DNA from: Schmidtea nova | Taxonomy: Eukaryota | Length of the DNA stretch: 64,000 nucleotides | Reading direction: 5' to 3' | NCBI GenBank assembly: GCA_044892505.1 | Contig: CM097883.1 | Coordinates: 160,642,001 to 160,706,000 of the forward strand | In this document: positions 22,501-31,807 of the stretch, piece by piece | Layout of the letters: every line of letters starts with the position of its first letter | How positions within the stretch are numbered: position 1 is the stretch's first letter | Made by a program: the position numbers and the translations under genes | The notes under the pieces: generated by a model | Database searches by the model: none | The model's input: the letters and a program-made list of their open reading frames with translations, nothing else | Told to the model about the DNA's origin: nothing

Positions 22501-25500
22501 TGCAGATCATGATATAAATAATCTATTTTATTATTTATATAGTTCGTGATTTTGATATCCTGGCTGTGAATATTCTTGGCTTTTTGGATAAATGTTTTTG
22601 ACAAATATAATCCTTTATAGTTGGTCTCGTACACCACTTTTCCGCATTTTGTCTTCTTATCTTTTCTGACAAATCTGATTGCATCTTTCTTATCTTCTGA
22701 TACTAATACTAGAGGTGTGATTTCCTCACTAATATCCTCTTTTTGCTGTTTGTTGATCCTTTTCAACGTCTTTTCTTTATCCCAAATTCTTTCTCTTTTG
22801 GGTAAATCTCGATACTTTGTCCCGTTCAACTTATGGAAATTAATTTTCTTTAGTAATGACAATTCGCAATGGTCTAGTATTTGATCGTATAATAATGTAA
22901 TGACCCCTGTTCTGCAGCTTCCAAATTTCGCAAGGCACTGAGGGTGTGCCATTAATCTACCTGATAATACATCGAACGTCCCTTCGTATTCTCTTAATTC
23001 GATTGAATAGTCCTCAATATCTACGACAAAACTTACCAACTCCGATCCGCGAGTTTTCTTTCTTCCCGTACAGGTACCATCTGATCCGATTGATCCTCCT
23101 CGTGTAATGGTTACTCCCAGTGTTTTTCCTACTTCCGCGGCGATGGTTACCTCGTTATCGATTCTTAAAGTACCTTTTCGAAAGGCGTCTAGACAATCCT
23201 CTGGCAATATGTTGACAGGTCTAGGTATTAGAGTGGCTGATAGAAAAGCAGTATAGCTGTGTGAACCACAATAATATTCAAATGTCGCTCTTTGGACTCT
23301 ACATTCTCTTATCTTAGTTCTGAAAAATTCACTTTCTTGGTAGACATAGTATTCGACCTTTTCTCCTGTTTGGACTTTCTCTGGATATGCCTCTTTGCAC
23401 TCAATTGCATCTACGAGCGAATATATCCGAGCTAACTTTGGATCACTGCAATCAAACGCTGTCATTGTGTTTGTCTGTTTCATTATCCCCATCATTACTA
23501 AAAACATTAATATCATATTTGTCATATTCCCCATTCCTCCATTTCCGAGGTGGTTGTTATTCATAGCCTCTTCCACAAATTCATATCGTGGTTTATGTTT
23601 CTCCTCTTCCCAGAAATTATTTTCACTCATCCACGTTCCGAGATAATGCTCCGTTATCTCCGTGATCTGGTCTATTTCTCGATTAATAAGCTTCTTCTCA
23701 TTGCCTGCGCGGGCTAAAGCATCTTGAATCAACATAGATAATGCTGTCAATATTTTTCCTTTAGATAACCCATCTTGTATGAGTGTCTCTAACATACTCT
23801 GTATCTCGTTTTGCGATACCCCTTTAGGTAATCTCCTCATAGTCTTCGCGATTGACTGTGTCACTTTATCCACTTGAATTCCTTTAATCCGAGTGATCTG
23901 CCATTCTGGCTTTAATATTCCTATGATCTGTTTTAATCTCTTCCATGTCAGAGATTTTTCTGGTATATGCACACCTTCGTCTCTCATATCAACATCCCTG
24001 GCTATTCCTGACAGGGTTTTCATCTGAACCTGTTTAATGGTTTCTTGATTTAATTGCTCCGTTGGTGGAGGTTTCATTTGATCTTTCCTAGGTCTTCCTC
24101 GTCTATCTTTCTTTGTCTGCCATGCTGGCCTGATAGTTTCTACCGCCTGAGAAGTTGAAGCTCCCACGTTAGTTTCCTCATTATTGAGTCTGATTTCCTC
24201 TTCTCCGTGATTATCGGCATCGATATCTACATTAAATGGTTGTGTTTCGACGTTACCAGTGACCATTTCATCTGGTAACCGTAATGCTGACCATTGAGAT
24301 TCAGGTGGCTCTACGGGAATGATTGCTACCGTTGTTGTTTCAAAAGGTAGACATCCCACATCTACTAAATATTCATCATCATCTACTTGCCCTCCATGAA
24401 TCATAATCAAGAATATACCGGTAGTCTGCCCAGTATCTATTAAATCCTTTCTCAACGTTATTACTTTGCTAAAACAACGATATAACCTCGTCATGGGTTC
24501 TTTTCCTGATATTCGAATGTCTAAAGTTATCATGCCTTGTCGGTGTGCTTGATGACGTATTGCTGTTCCATTTTTCCTCATTAACATTTTTATTTCCGTT
24601 TGAAACGAACTAGTTTCCTTTACTACAGGTAGTAGAATAGGAATTATACTCTCCAATGATTCTACTGGTATGCGCAATACCAACATCCAGTCTAATATTT
24701 CCTTGATTGTTTCTCCATCCCTCGGAGATTTCTGCAACTCTATCTTCAGACGTTGCTCTATTTGTTGGACTTCCTCCAACTGTGCAATTTCCATTTGTGT
24801 GAGTAGAAACACACTGTCTTGATCCACTACTGGGACCGATATTCCTGTCAGTTTCGTTGTGAGTTTCGTTACCATTCCTGGTAATACACCATTTTGTAGT
24901 AGTGTTTCCCCAACTACTAACTTTTCTCCATATAAATAAAAATCATATCTATTATGTTTCAATTTCATCATTGTATCTGACAACTTGTCTGTTCGACATC
25001 TTACATTCATGTCGATGTTAAACTCCTGCTCCTGAGGAAGTTTTATGTTTAAATGCGAATCCTGAAGATCCCATTCATGCTCCATTGCAGTTCCTATCTT
25101 TCGTAGGATTTTATGTATGTCGCTATGATACCTTGGATCATCTTCGACCTGAGATATTAATTGTAATATCTTTCCAATTTCACTGTTCTTGATATCACCT
25201 TGTGATAATTTCTCTAATTCTCTAGTCAGTCTCTGCTGATACTCATATCTGGAATCCACCAGTTTTAAACATTTTGCTAGGGTATCTGACCCTTTCTTGG
25301 CCTTTGTTTCCTTGAACAAAGCCTGGTCGAACTCGCTCAGTATGGTACTCATACTGGGTTCGTCATCATTATCAGAATTTGTTTCTGATTCTATTACCTC
25401 ATGATTCTCGCTGCTGGAATCCATGGGTTCACTATTTCCTTGCTCATCTGTGTGAGCATCATGATTTTTCTCAGCTGAAATCATCAAAACTGTTCCTTGC

Positions 25501-26774
25501 CCAACTGTGTGAGCATCATCGCTTTCCTCAATGGGATTCATTATAACTGTTCCTCGCCCATCCATGTGAGCATGATTTTTCTCAGCTGAAATCATAAAAA
25601 CTGTCTCTTGCCCAACTGTGTGAGTCTCATTCTTTTCCTCTATTGTATTCATCAAAACTGTTCCTCGCTCATCTGTGTGAGCATGATTTTTCTCAGCTGA
25701 AATCATAAAAACTGTATCATCTCGATCCATTAGCCGTGCTAATCGATTTTTCTCCTCCTGGATTTCCATTTCCAGTTGTTGCAAATACGTCAATTCTTTA
25801 TCGTGATTGACCATGAACGTAGTTTTTGGCTTGCTGACATTACCACTATTGGTAGTCCTATTATTCGTATTATTACTCTGATTTTGAGGACACGACCTCA
25901 GAATATGCCCGAATTTTCCACATCCGTGACATTTTATCTTTCCTGATGAATTAACATCATCCCTTTTAATATTAAAATTCCCATTCGTTGGGAGATTCCT
26001 AACTCTACAAACTGAAGCAACATGCCCTCTGCGTTTGCATTTATCACACTGCAAGTTCGTGACTCTACAGTTCTCAACACTATGATTATTCATACCACAT
26101 TTAGTACACTGAATACTCCTACGAGTATCAGCTACCTTCTTACTGTGGCAATCTTTTGATATGTGCCCTTTCTTATGGCAGTTAAAACATTCAATGGCTG
26201 GCTTCTCATTATTTATCATAAATGATGTAGCTTTTTCTAAGCTGCTTTCGATTACGACAGCTTTTCTTGTTAATTCCCAAAAATCATCTCCCGTGTGGAG
26301 AATCAATGCATTTCTCATTACATTTGTGAATCCAGCTAATAATTGGTCTTTAACCATAGCTTTAGTTGCATCATTCCAGGTAGTTCTGAGCCCAAACGCT
26401 CTTTCGGCTAATAACAATAATTGGTAGGAAAATTCTCCTACATGTTCATTTGCATTCTGCTTCCTGTGATAAAATTGTTGTCGGAAAATTCTACTTGAAT
26501 CTCCCGGTAATATTCTAGCTGTTAGTGATTCTCTCATCTTTTCCCATGTAGCTGGTTTATCTGCTGCTGGTAACGCCATAATATCATTGTAGTTTTCCCT
26601 TGCCATACCCTTAAGGTAAATTGGCAGTCTTTGTATCATTATCGCATCTGGATACCCATAGGCCTTTGCCATCTGATAATATTCTGACATAAACTCCGGA
26701 AATTCCCCTGGATCTCCGCTAAATGCCTTGACAGGTAAAGCGGGATATCTAGCAAAAACATTTTCCTCAACCAT
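16509..26774 (-). CDS. Gag-glycoprotein-Pol polyprotein (3421 aa): Gag/4xCCHC, ubiquitin-like modules, chuvirus-like glycoprotein, aspartic protease, RT, RNase H, integrase, C-terminal FN3-like membrane protein
   Basis: Open frame. CX2CX4HX4C x4. Protease VIDSGA. RT motifs MPFGLTGAPATFQR and YIDDII. RNase H motifs TDAS, ELEALA and TDHRPL. Integrase HHCC, MDVLGP, TDRG, DGLVERFN and GPY. Confidence 0.97.
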   Translation of the reverse strand: MVEENVFARYPALPVKAFSGDPGEFPEFMSEYYQMAKAYGYPDAIMIQRLPIYLKGMARENYNDIMALPAADKPATWEKMRESLTARILPGDSSRIFRQQFYHRKQNANEHVGEFSYQLLLLAERAFGLRTTWNDATKAMVKDQLLAGFTNVMRNALILHTGDDFWELTRKAVVIESSLEKATSFMINNEKPAIECFNCHKKGHISKDCHSKKVADTRRSIQCTKCGMNNHSVENCRVTNLQCDKCKRRGHVASVCRVRNLPTNGNFNIKRDDVNSSGKIKCHGCGKFGHILRSCPQNQSNNTNNRTTNSGNVSKPKTTFMVNHDKELTYLQQLEMEIQEEKNRLARLMDRDDTVFMISAEKNHAHTDERGTVLMNTIEEKNETHTVGQETVFMISAEKNHAHMDGRGTVIMNPIEESDDAHTVGQGTVLMISAEKNHDAHTDEQGNSEPMDSSSENHEVIESETNSDNDDEPSMSTILSEFDQALFKETKAKKGSDTLAKCLKLVDSRYEYQQRLTRELEKLSQGDIKNSEIGKILQLISQVEDDPRYHSDIHKILRKIGTAMEHEWDLQDSHLNIKLPQEQEFNIDMNVRCRTDKLSDTMMKLKHNRYDFYLYGEKLVVGETLLQNGVLPGMVTKLTTKLTGISVPVVDQDSVFLLTQMEIAQLEEVQQIEQRLKIELQKSPRDGETIKEILDWMLVLRIPVESLESIIPILLPVVKETSSFQTEIKMLMRKNGTAIRHQAHRQGMITLDIRISGKEPMTRLYRCFSKVITLRKDLIDTGQTTGIFLIMIHGGQVDDDEYLVDVGCLPFETTTVAIIPVEPPESQWSALRLPDEMVTGNVETQPFNVDIDADNHGEEEIRLNNEETNVGASTSQAVETIRPAWQTKKDRRGRPRKDQMKPPPTEQLNQETIKQVQMKTLSGIARDVDMRDEGVHIPEKSLTWKRLKQIIGILKPEWQITRIKGIQVDKVTQSIAKTMRRLPKGVSQNEIQSMLETLIQDGLSKGKILTALSMLIQDALARAGNEKKLINREIDQITEITEHYLGTWMSENNFWEEEKHKPRYEFVEEAMNNNHLGNGGMGNMTNMILMFLVMMGIMKQTNTMTAFDCSDPKLARIYSLVDAIECKEAYPEKVQTGEKVEYYVYQESEFFRTKIRECRVQRATFEYYCGSHSYTAFLSATLIPRPVNILPEDCLDAFRKGTLRIDNEVTIAAEVGKTLGVTITRGGSIGSDGTCTGRKKTRGSELVSFVVDIEDYSIELREYEGTFDVLSGRLMAHPQCLAKFGSCRTGVITLLYDQILDHCELSLLKKINFHKLNGTKYRDLPKRERIWDKEKTLKRINKQQKEDISEEITPLVLVSEDKKDAIRFVRKDKKTKCGKVVYETNYKGLYLSKTFIQKAKNIHSQDIKITNYINNKIDYLYHDLQGQMQEMYQEVILNDCKLNREIVRNRLAISIVNPDLVTPMLLEDGMFGRIMGEAIYSYQCQPIEVQLTRYNECTLELPVSYQNKIRFVMPVTRRLLDEKQKPQPSICNPAISPLYKVNDRWISLPDRKPSNRKVETLEVTKLEENMEFKSLDELSQGGIYTSADIEEARQTLLFPQVRERGITEIIRTIYQANEMRPDYNLLFGPDHYKEAAKNVMMKIWGRFTNFGIFVAGCSGIYAIFVILKLIITQLISTYSIFKIGGWSWKLILGLCPMCAEFALFKHHRKEIKTIKQRSLVKHEIIGIEMEGNTSYRDDNNSEGGGIGDSLNTVQRQSRSRKRNYNKKPNHQLRKMKYRDYQPPYEATKQIFDKSMISEDEYDSADQKFAINTASPRLKRNPRYMQLPYLRSLPTAPKGESPEFQKTSGEGKLNYALTIQRNKMYISKHQQILDKDARETGKSISLSLENEGKLYPIESLEAIKAKFKEYNPKLSDTEQDEAEKFRANTIGITHATILMANGVNLDKKPMIKIKINRHTVNAVIDSGADGTIIEATLLNQKELESMETSRVSLTGATGTSLNIIGTLACNIKLCDQEFRHDIIVMRTCPVECLLGMDLLRRLKGVVFDCATGLLVRSIGKKRKVYNDDTVFIDHTMIIPPRAETVCFVSTSEQLEGEVVFEPDERFSAKYNLPITHSVGNVENGRIPIRVANLDIKPLKLYPDTRVGRVSKSDQLPIGGSVLTVKAENREPDIEYYDAPTANSKALSRRENIQVNMLLRKYDQVFAKHEYDLGKTNLLEHEIVLNNIKPIKLRPYRIPFSLEEPVDKQVKLMLKHNIIRHSKSPYQSPMIVVAKKDGTVRLCNDYRMVNEATCKDSHPLPLLDYIYGRMRNSKYFSVMDAQKGFYQIKLKEETIPITAFSTSLGHFEYTVMPFGLTGAPATFQRAMNLMLMDVHHAMVYIDDIIVFSPDLEKHLEHLEDVFKRLINANLKVKPSKCKWAESEVVYVGHIISKDGVKPDPANVEKAKNFPEPKTVKHIKGFLGLVGYYRKFIRNFSAIAFPLTQLEGKNVKFVWGKEHQEAFDMLKRMLVEPPILRFPDFEKQFLVMTDASTRGIGAVLGQRDDLGDEYAIAYASRGLKPHEKNYAVIELEALAIVYAIHQFRTYLWGRKIIVYTDHRPLQWLTKHTMDTSKLVRWALILQPYDIEIHYRKGHQNGNADAFSRMDQGDEAEDVKEGRLEGTIFALTREANRLADLMAAQQSDEEINQIRQALEAKFIPTEFNKYWEKNRDKFILEEGLVKYVDVRDNVIMVPKKYREALMLQYHDGALGGHLSSRKTLSRLKQKYFWPTIKQDVQEWCQTCKICITRRNTGKKPHVPMKPMPVPSTPMEMTAMDVLGPFKESNSGNKYILVFCDYLTKWPEAYPIPNHKADTIARIFVEQIVFRYGVPTKLLTDRGADFMSNLLKGINDYFDILKLNTSPYHPQTDGLVERFNGTLANMLASYVNSGQTDWDIHIPSCLFAYRNAVHEGTGQTPFYLMYLRQSKMPIDLLFFPKATQYLDQEDYLMEMRERMQEAWTKAGLSIKFSQEASKDYHDKKAKGHGMLVGDKVMLESHYNKKGLSPKLMRNFKGPYEVLRTTDTNLILQLVANRKAEPIMVHANRCKKVAVTEKDPIKKKEDKGSESVSDRYPLRSRGVPKSVTFLVIISCLISCVKTFVPTAVQIQDLAFRRSFQEFRIISLAENDTKFKFSFCERRCFHFTLDSNTRVKVIKDLRAEKEYLLDILVQHFMFGRWSDFSKSQWKLKTADFKRKVRINIQQGMITFSQPKQGVDRVRIEIHSDKEIVQELWLNEDIEKQNLKWNSSVEWEAHITYMNNKQKPGVDEWNEVFYEVISLKLPQSSTTTKSVTSLIRKESYVIHPAIWQRLKGLKMVKPTVSTESYIKSCQCEINEVNPISHLGKLPVGVWIITSAVLAMITTLIAMGVWMKLFFSQAIESVDGIMMTRL
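17560..20930 (-). other. pol: Pol region: protease (~20620-20930), dUTPase-like linker (~20335-20575), RT (YIDD at 19632-19643), RNase H, integrase with GPY/F motif
   Basis: Canonical Ty3/Gypsy motifs in PR-RT-RH-IN order, with catalytic residues apparently intact. Confidence 0.95.
21660..23525 (-). other. env: Envelope glycoprotein domain, chuvirus (Jingchuvirales)-like class III fusion protein, inside the polyprotein
   Basis: Hydrophobic signal MILMFLVMMGIM, then TAFDC. Cys-rich ectodomain with YINNKIDYL, CKLNREIVRNRLAIS, GEAIYSYQCQPIEV, CTLELPV, FVMPVTRRL and GGIYT, which I recognise from chuvirus-type glycoproteins. TM segment FGIFVAGCSGIYAIFVILKLII. Confidence 0.8.
25888..26774 (-). other. 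gag: Gag region: capsid-like domain plus four CCHC zinc knuckles
   Basis: LPIYLKGMA...RKQNANEHVGEF gag-like motifs. Knuckles CFNCHKKGHISKDC, CTKCGMNNHSVENC, CDKCKRRGHVASVC and CHGCGKFGHILRSC. Confidence 0.9.
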
Positions 26775-26854
26775 GTTATTCGCAAGTTTTACTTTCGAAC
26801 GAGTTGCTAAAGCTATTTTGTATATATGAAAATATGCCCACTGATAATAATTGT

Positions 26855-26872
26855 ATCACGTCGGGCTCACCA
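26855..26872 (-). promoter_or_regulatory. Primer-binding site, tRNA-Trp type
   Basis: Minus strand TGGTGAGCCCGACGTGAT, 3 nt inside the 5' LTR. One mismatch from the canonical animal tRNA-Trp PBS TGGTGACCCCGACGTGAT. Confidence 0.88.
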
Positions 26873-26875
26873 AAA

Positions 26876-27958
26876 TGTTCGGTTCGTATCAGTGGTTTAC
26901 GACGAACACAGAAAGTATATATATTTATATATATTTGATTTGATTATCGGACTCCAAACGATAATCCGCTTATATAATTATAAATAAAATATATGTTTTA
27001 GGTTGTGTGTAAAGAAAAACAAGAACTAATTATTTTTTAATAAAATGTATTGTGAAATATGTATATCGATGTACAATATAATAAAATAGCTGCAAAAGCA
27101 AAAGTTAGAGAATCGGTTATACAAACCGTCCTAAGATGTTTAAGAACGAAAGCTGGACCTAAAAGGCTCAACAGCTCCGACTAACTGAAAGGACACAAGA
27201 TGAGGGGTTTCCCTGTAGTTTAACCGCGATAGTGACAACCCAGAATTGGTTGTCACTGTGACTTAATAATTTTCCCTTCTGATAATTTATTATGTAATGA
27301 CTTTACTGAAGGGGAAAAATAGTAATACAACTATTTCCCCGTGATCGATTTATAGAATTTTAAAAGAAACAAAACTAGAAGATTTACCAGCTAATAAAGA
27401 TTTTTCCGATTTCGGGAAATTATCACAAATGAAATTCAAGCTAAGCTTCTCGTAATACTTCTGCCGTAAAATTAATTTCTCCAATTCACAAATTTGTCAA
27501 ACTAAAATTCTAAAATTCACTTCGGTAAAATTTATGTTCTGTAAACACTTATGTTTCTCTCTCTACTTCTGTCAAAATTAATTTCTGTTTCAACTGATTT
27601 TGCAATCAGTTTATATACAAATTATTTTCTCTCATGTAGGTCTAGACGACCACCTATTACTAACTACGTGTAGGTCGAAATTGACCTTACAAAATATTAC
27701 TTTTAAAGTAATTTATTATTACTATATATATCTTATTATTACTATTTAAATTTCTTATGTATTTATTTATTACTATATTTATTATATATTATTTAATTAT
27801 TACTATATTTAATCTATATTTATTTATAGTAATTATTTATTTACTATTACTATTTATCTATTTATTTATAGTAATTCTTAATTGCTATTTATATTTATTT
27901 ATTTACTTATAATATTTAATTACAAAAACCCGAGATCCCTTGATCTCGAACCCTAACA
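26876..27958 (-). repeat. 5' LTR (1083 bp)
   Basis: Starts tgttcggttcg and ends gaaccctaaca on the + strand. Same length as 12980-14062, with no mismatch seen by eye. PBS is adjacent. Confidence 0.97.
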
Positions 27959-29059
27959 TTTGTATAAATAATTATTCGCACACTGACAGTTATGGCTCAA
28001 AAAAATTGTTAAACAGGATTTATCTAAATATTTCAACCATTTTCTCAAAATATTTAATCATTTTCTCAAAATATTTAATACCTAAAATTCAATTTATTAA
28101 AATGCAAAAACAATAAAAAATCAAAAAAATTACACAATAACAATTAACAAATAATAGACAATCAAGAACATAGCATTTAGAGCTCTTATTTAAAATTATT
28201 CTCTTATCAATGCATTAACCAAAAACTCCTGTGTATGTGAATAAAGGCAACAAAGTGTTCAGGCGATATTTCTTAAAACTTTGTTTGTATGCAACTTAAT
28301 AGCTCTTCACGGGATCTGAAATAGGCACTTTTAATTTTACCTTTCCAAAGAAAACACTTCAATAGTATTTAATTGAGATGTATAAGATGGAAGAAAAGCA
28401 GTTCTGTGTCCTGCTGCTTCTATTTTATTTTATTATTGATATATTTTTGTGGATTGAGCAATTATCAGCTATAATAACCAGATTAATCAAGTTTCGGTTC
28501 AGTAATTCAAGTAACATGTCACCTATAAATTCTGAAAATAAATTAGTGTTAAAAGCCTCCCTTACTATCTTATAATTAATCACACCATTTCTTGTAATCC
28601 TCGCACATACATAAATGTTCTGGGATGTTATTGATGTGATGGTTTTACAAGATGTAATATTTTATAATAACATTTTGAAATAGAAAACAAAATTCAATCT
28701 TATTTACTTCGACATTAAACTGTGATTTTCATGCGGAACGTGATCGAACATTTTAGTGAAGGGTAATAATTAATAATTTCTTATTAATAAAATATTTTCC
28801 CCTTGCAAGGAAAGATAAACCCTGTATGAAGACAGAAAAGATTTCAACAAAAACAAGACAACATCATCATCAACTCCATATCCACATCGCAATTCATTAG
28901 ATCCAATCTCTTTGCAAGACACAACCGCCTCTCAACCAATAATAAATGCGTTGCCACTTAATAATCCCTCATCGTTACCTCAAAAACCAACTACAGATTA
29001 TAATTTCGATTCATCAATAATTCCAATGCAGGTTTTAACGCAAGATTCAGCTCAAGTTT

Positions 29060-29899
29060 TAGTCGGCTCTTAGAAAAGGAAAAAAAAGTTTGGTATGGAG
29101 TTTCTTTGATGAAATAGGTAATAATATGGCCAATGCAAGCATTATTAATATATTATTTCTATGAATTTCAGACCAAAATATGGATAATTTATTTAATATA
29201 CTTTCTGATCAAGATTTTATTGTTATAGGAAAATTAATTTTCTTTTTAAGGCCATTCAAAGAAGTTACAATTATAATATCTTGTGAGAAATGTCACTGCG
29301 TCTTCTATATTACCTATGATAAATCAATTGAAAAAAAATTTTAAAAGAAGCAGCAACACCAATTTTTATTACAAATGATATTATAAAATCCTTTGCCACT
29401 AGTATGTGTTATGAATGCGAAATGATGCAAAAAATACGACGATTCTTTTATATTATTGTGTAAATGTTCATACATCGACCCAATATACAAATCTTTAAGA
29501 TTTTGCAGCAAAGAAGAAAAACTATCAATTAAAAATTCTATTAAAACGGAATTCGATGTTGTTCAACCAAATGTTGAAGGCGGTGTACGAAATTACCTAA
29601 TGGTGAAGAATCTATCATTGTGGGAAGGGTATGAGGAAGAAAATGAAATTTCAAGGAGTGAAATGAATTTATATGAGATTCATCCTGTTTCAGGAATCAT
29701 TGAAAATTCATCGACCTTCTGGAAAAATAACACAAGTAATTTTCCTGTATTTAGTAAGGTTGTTTTGAAATATTTATCAATCCCCGGCTCAAGTGCATCT
29801 TCCGAAAGAGCTTTTTCTTCAGCGGGATTCATAGTTGATGAATTGAGAAATAGGCTGACAACAGGAAATGTGGAAATACTTGTCTTTTTAAAAACATAA
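29060..29899 (+). pseudogene. hAT transposase remnant
   Basis: C-terminal dimerisation domain FWKNN...KYLSIPGSSASSERAFSSAG...RNRL. KSLVWSFF (BED-finger start) near 29085. Internally deleted. Confidence 0.85.
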
Positions 29900-30513
29900 T
29901 TATTCGAAGCTATTTGATGAATAAAAATAGTTAGCTATTTTTATACCTTTATTTAATTAAGTTTTACCTTTTATTTTTTTGTCTATCATGTTTTTATAAC
30001 TATTAAATTTATTTCAACAAATGCTAATGGCAACGTTTCATTAAAACTTCATTTTTCTATGTCAACATCATCCATATGATCCATAAACATTCATTATCTA
30101 TTTCTTTCATATTTTATCTTCTCATTGCTTATTCATATAAATGTTCTTCACATAAATTAATATCTTCACATTAAATATCGTCTGTGCTCCATTCATATGT
30201 ATAGTATTGTATTTTATTTCGATCATGAATTCATTTCATGTAAAAATTTCGTTTTGTATATTTTATTATAATCTCTTCTTGTTTATTAAAAATACACTAA
30301 TTTTCTTTATATATTGTTTACTTATTACATGTAGACTTGATCTGGGAATTGTTATTCATTTGTTCATCTACAATGATTTCTAATTGGGTTTTTTTTGGTT
30401 TCTTGCACTACTTATAACGATTGCTCTTATTTATTTTGCTTCTAAGAACGTAAATTACTGTAAATTGAATTTCTTATTATTAATATTAAAAAAATTATTA
30501 ATACCCATCCCTA

Positions 30514-31133
30514 CCGTCTTAACCCGAAAATAACACCATGGTGTTGTATTTTTAAAACATTGAAGAAAAATTCAAATATAACACCACTTTAAATATAACA
30601 CAATGGTTTTTTTATTTAATATTTAAACATTAATATAATGCTAATTAACCAAGCATATGTATCCCAAAATACTGATCAATTTCTACCATTACCACAGTTT
30701 GAATTGGATTTGATTCTAGATATTCAAATGAAGTTTTAGTATTTGCATTTTTTATTGTAATGTTCCAATTTTCTTTAATGGACACAGCAAAAATCTCGTT
30801 TTCAGATGCAGGTATGTCATCATTCTGAATGTTTTCAAAATAATTAGAATCTACTAAATCAGATAATTCATGCAGAGACTGCATAAATAAAATTAATTGA
30901 TTTTTATAATCCTTCCAAGTAATTTCAGCTTGATTACCATATTTCTTGTGGTGTACACACACATAAAAGCTTGCAGTATTTGAATCTGGTAAGTACCATA
31001 ATATTAAAAATATATAAAAAAAAGTTATTACATTAAAGTATTTTAAAACACCATGGTGTTATATTTGAATAAAACACCAGAGTGGTCTTATATTCAAACA
31101 TAACACCATGGTGTTATTTTCGGGCTAAGACGG
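30514..31133. mobile_element. Tc1/mariner-pogo-type MITE
   Basis: ~32-bp TIRs ccgtctta(a/g)cccgaaaataacaccatggtgtt, flanked by TA, with internal aacacca repeats. Confidence 0.8.
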
Positions 31134-31807
31134 TAGTAATAATAAAATATCGGATTTTATATGGTAGGTGCATTACCGATAAGCGCATCATTAAGAGAAT
31201 AGAATTGTCAATTTCGTGATTTGCTATCTTGATTGTAAATTAGAAAAAAACGAAGATCGAGTCTTTTAGTTCTTATGAATGGAGCATGTGTCAAAAATTT
31301 GATACTTTTCTAAATAGAATGATAGTTATAACGACCTCCGATTCTTTCGTTTTAGCTATAAACTCGATTTAGTTGCGATTTTAGTCTACAATATGTAAAG
31401 ATCGTTTTGAATTATGTGTAAATAAATTGGGGATATCTCAACCTTAACCTTAAATGATTGATTATTAAATAATTGATTAATAAATACAGAAATTGTCAAT
31501 ATTTTTACTAGTTTGTTTAAATTTACATAATTCTTTATTGTGTTAAAAATTGATTTTATTCACATAAATCTAAACACTATTTAATTTCACTTAGACAAGA
31601 ATGTGAAATCATTAAATTTTAACTCGTCGCCTAACTAAATTACCATGTATTTAACTAGTTTTACAATAAAATCTATATTAATCTGTTAAAACTTTTAAAT
31701 AATAAGTAAAATTAATATAAATCAAAAATATATTTATTTTTCGATAAAATCTATATTATTCTGTTAAAACCTTTAATAAGTAAAATTAAAATCAAACAAA
31801 AATACAT

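Larger units (their letters stand above)
12980..27958 (-). mobile_element. Full-length Ty3/Gypsy (Metaviridae-like) LTR retroelement with envelope-like glycoprotein, ~15.0 kb
   Basis: Two 1083-bp direct repeats with TG...CA ends. 4-bp TSD TTTG at 12976-12979 and 27959-27962. PBS and PPT at the expected ends. Uninterrupted polyprotein with PR-RT-RH-IN order. Confidence 0.97.

Noticed and set aside
14647-26427. Many short + strand ORFs antisense to the polyprotein and ORF2
   Set aside because: Shadow ORFs of a long coding strand with no motifs.
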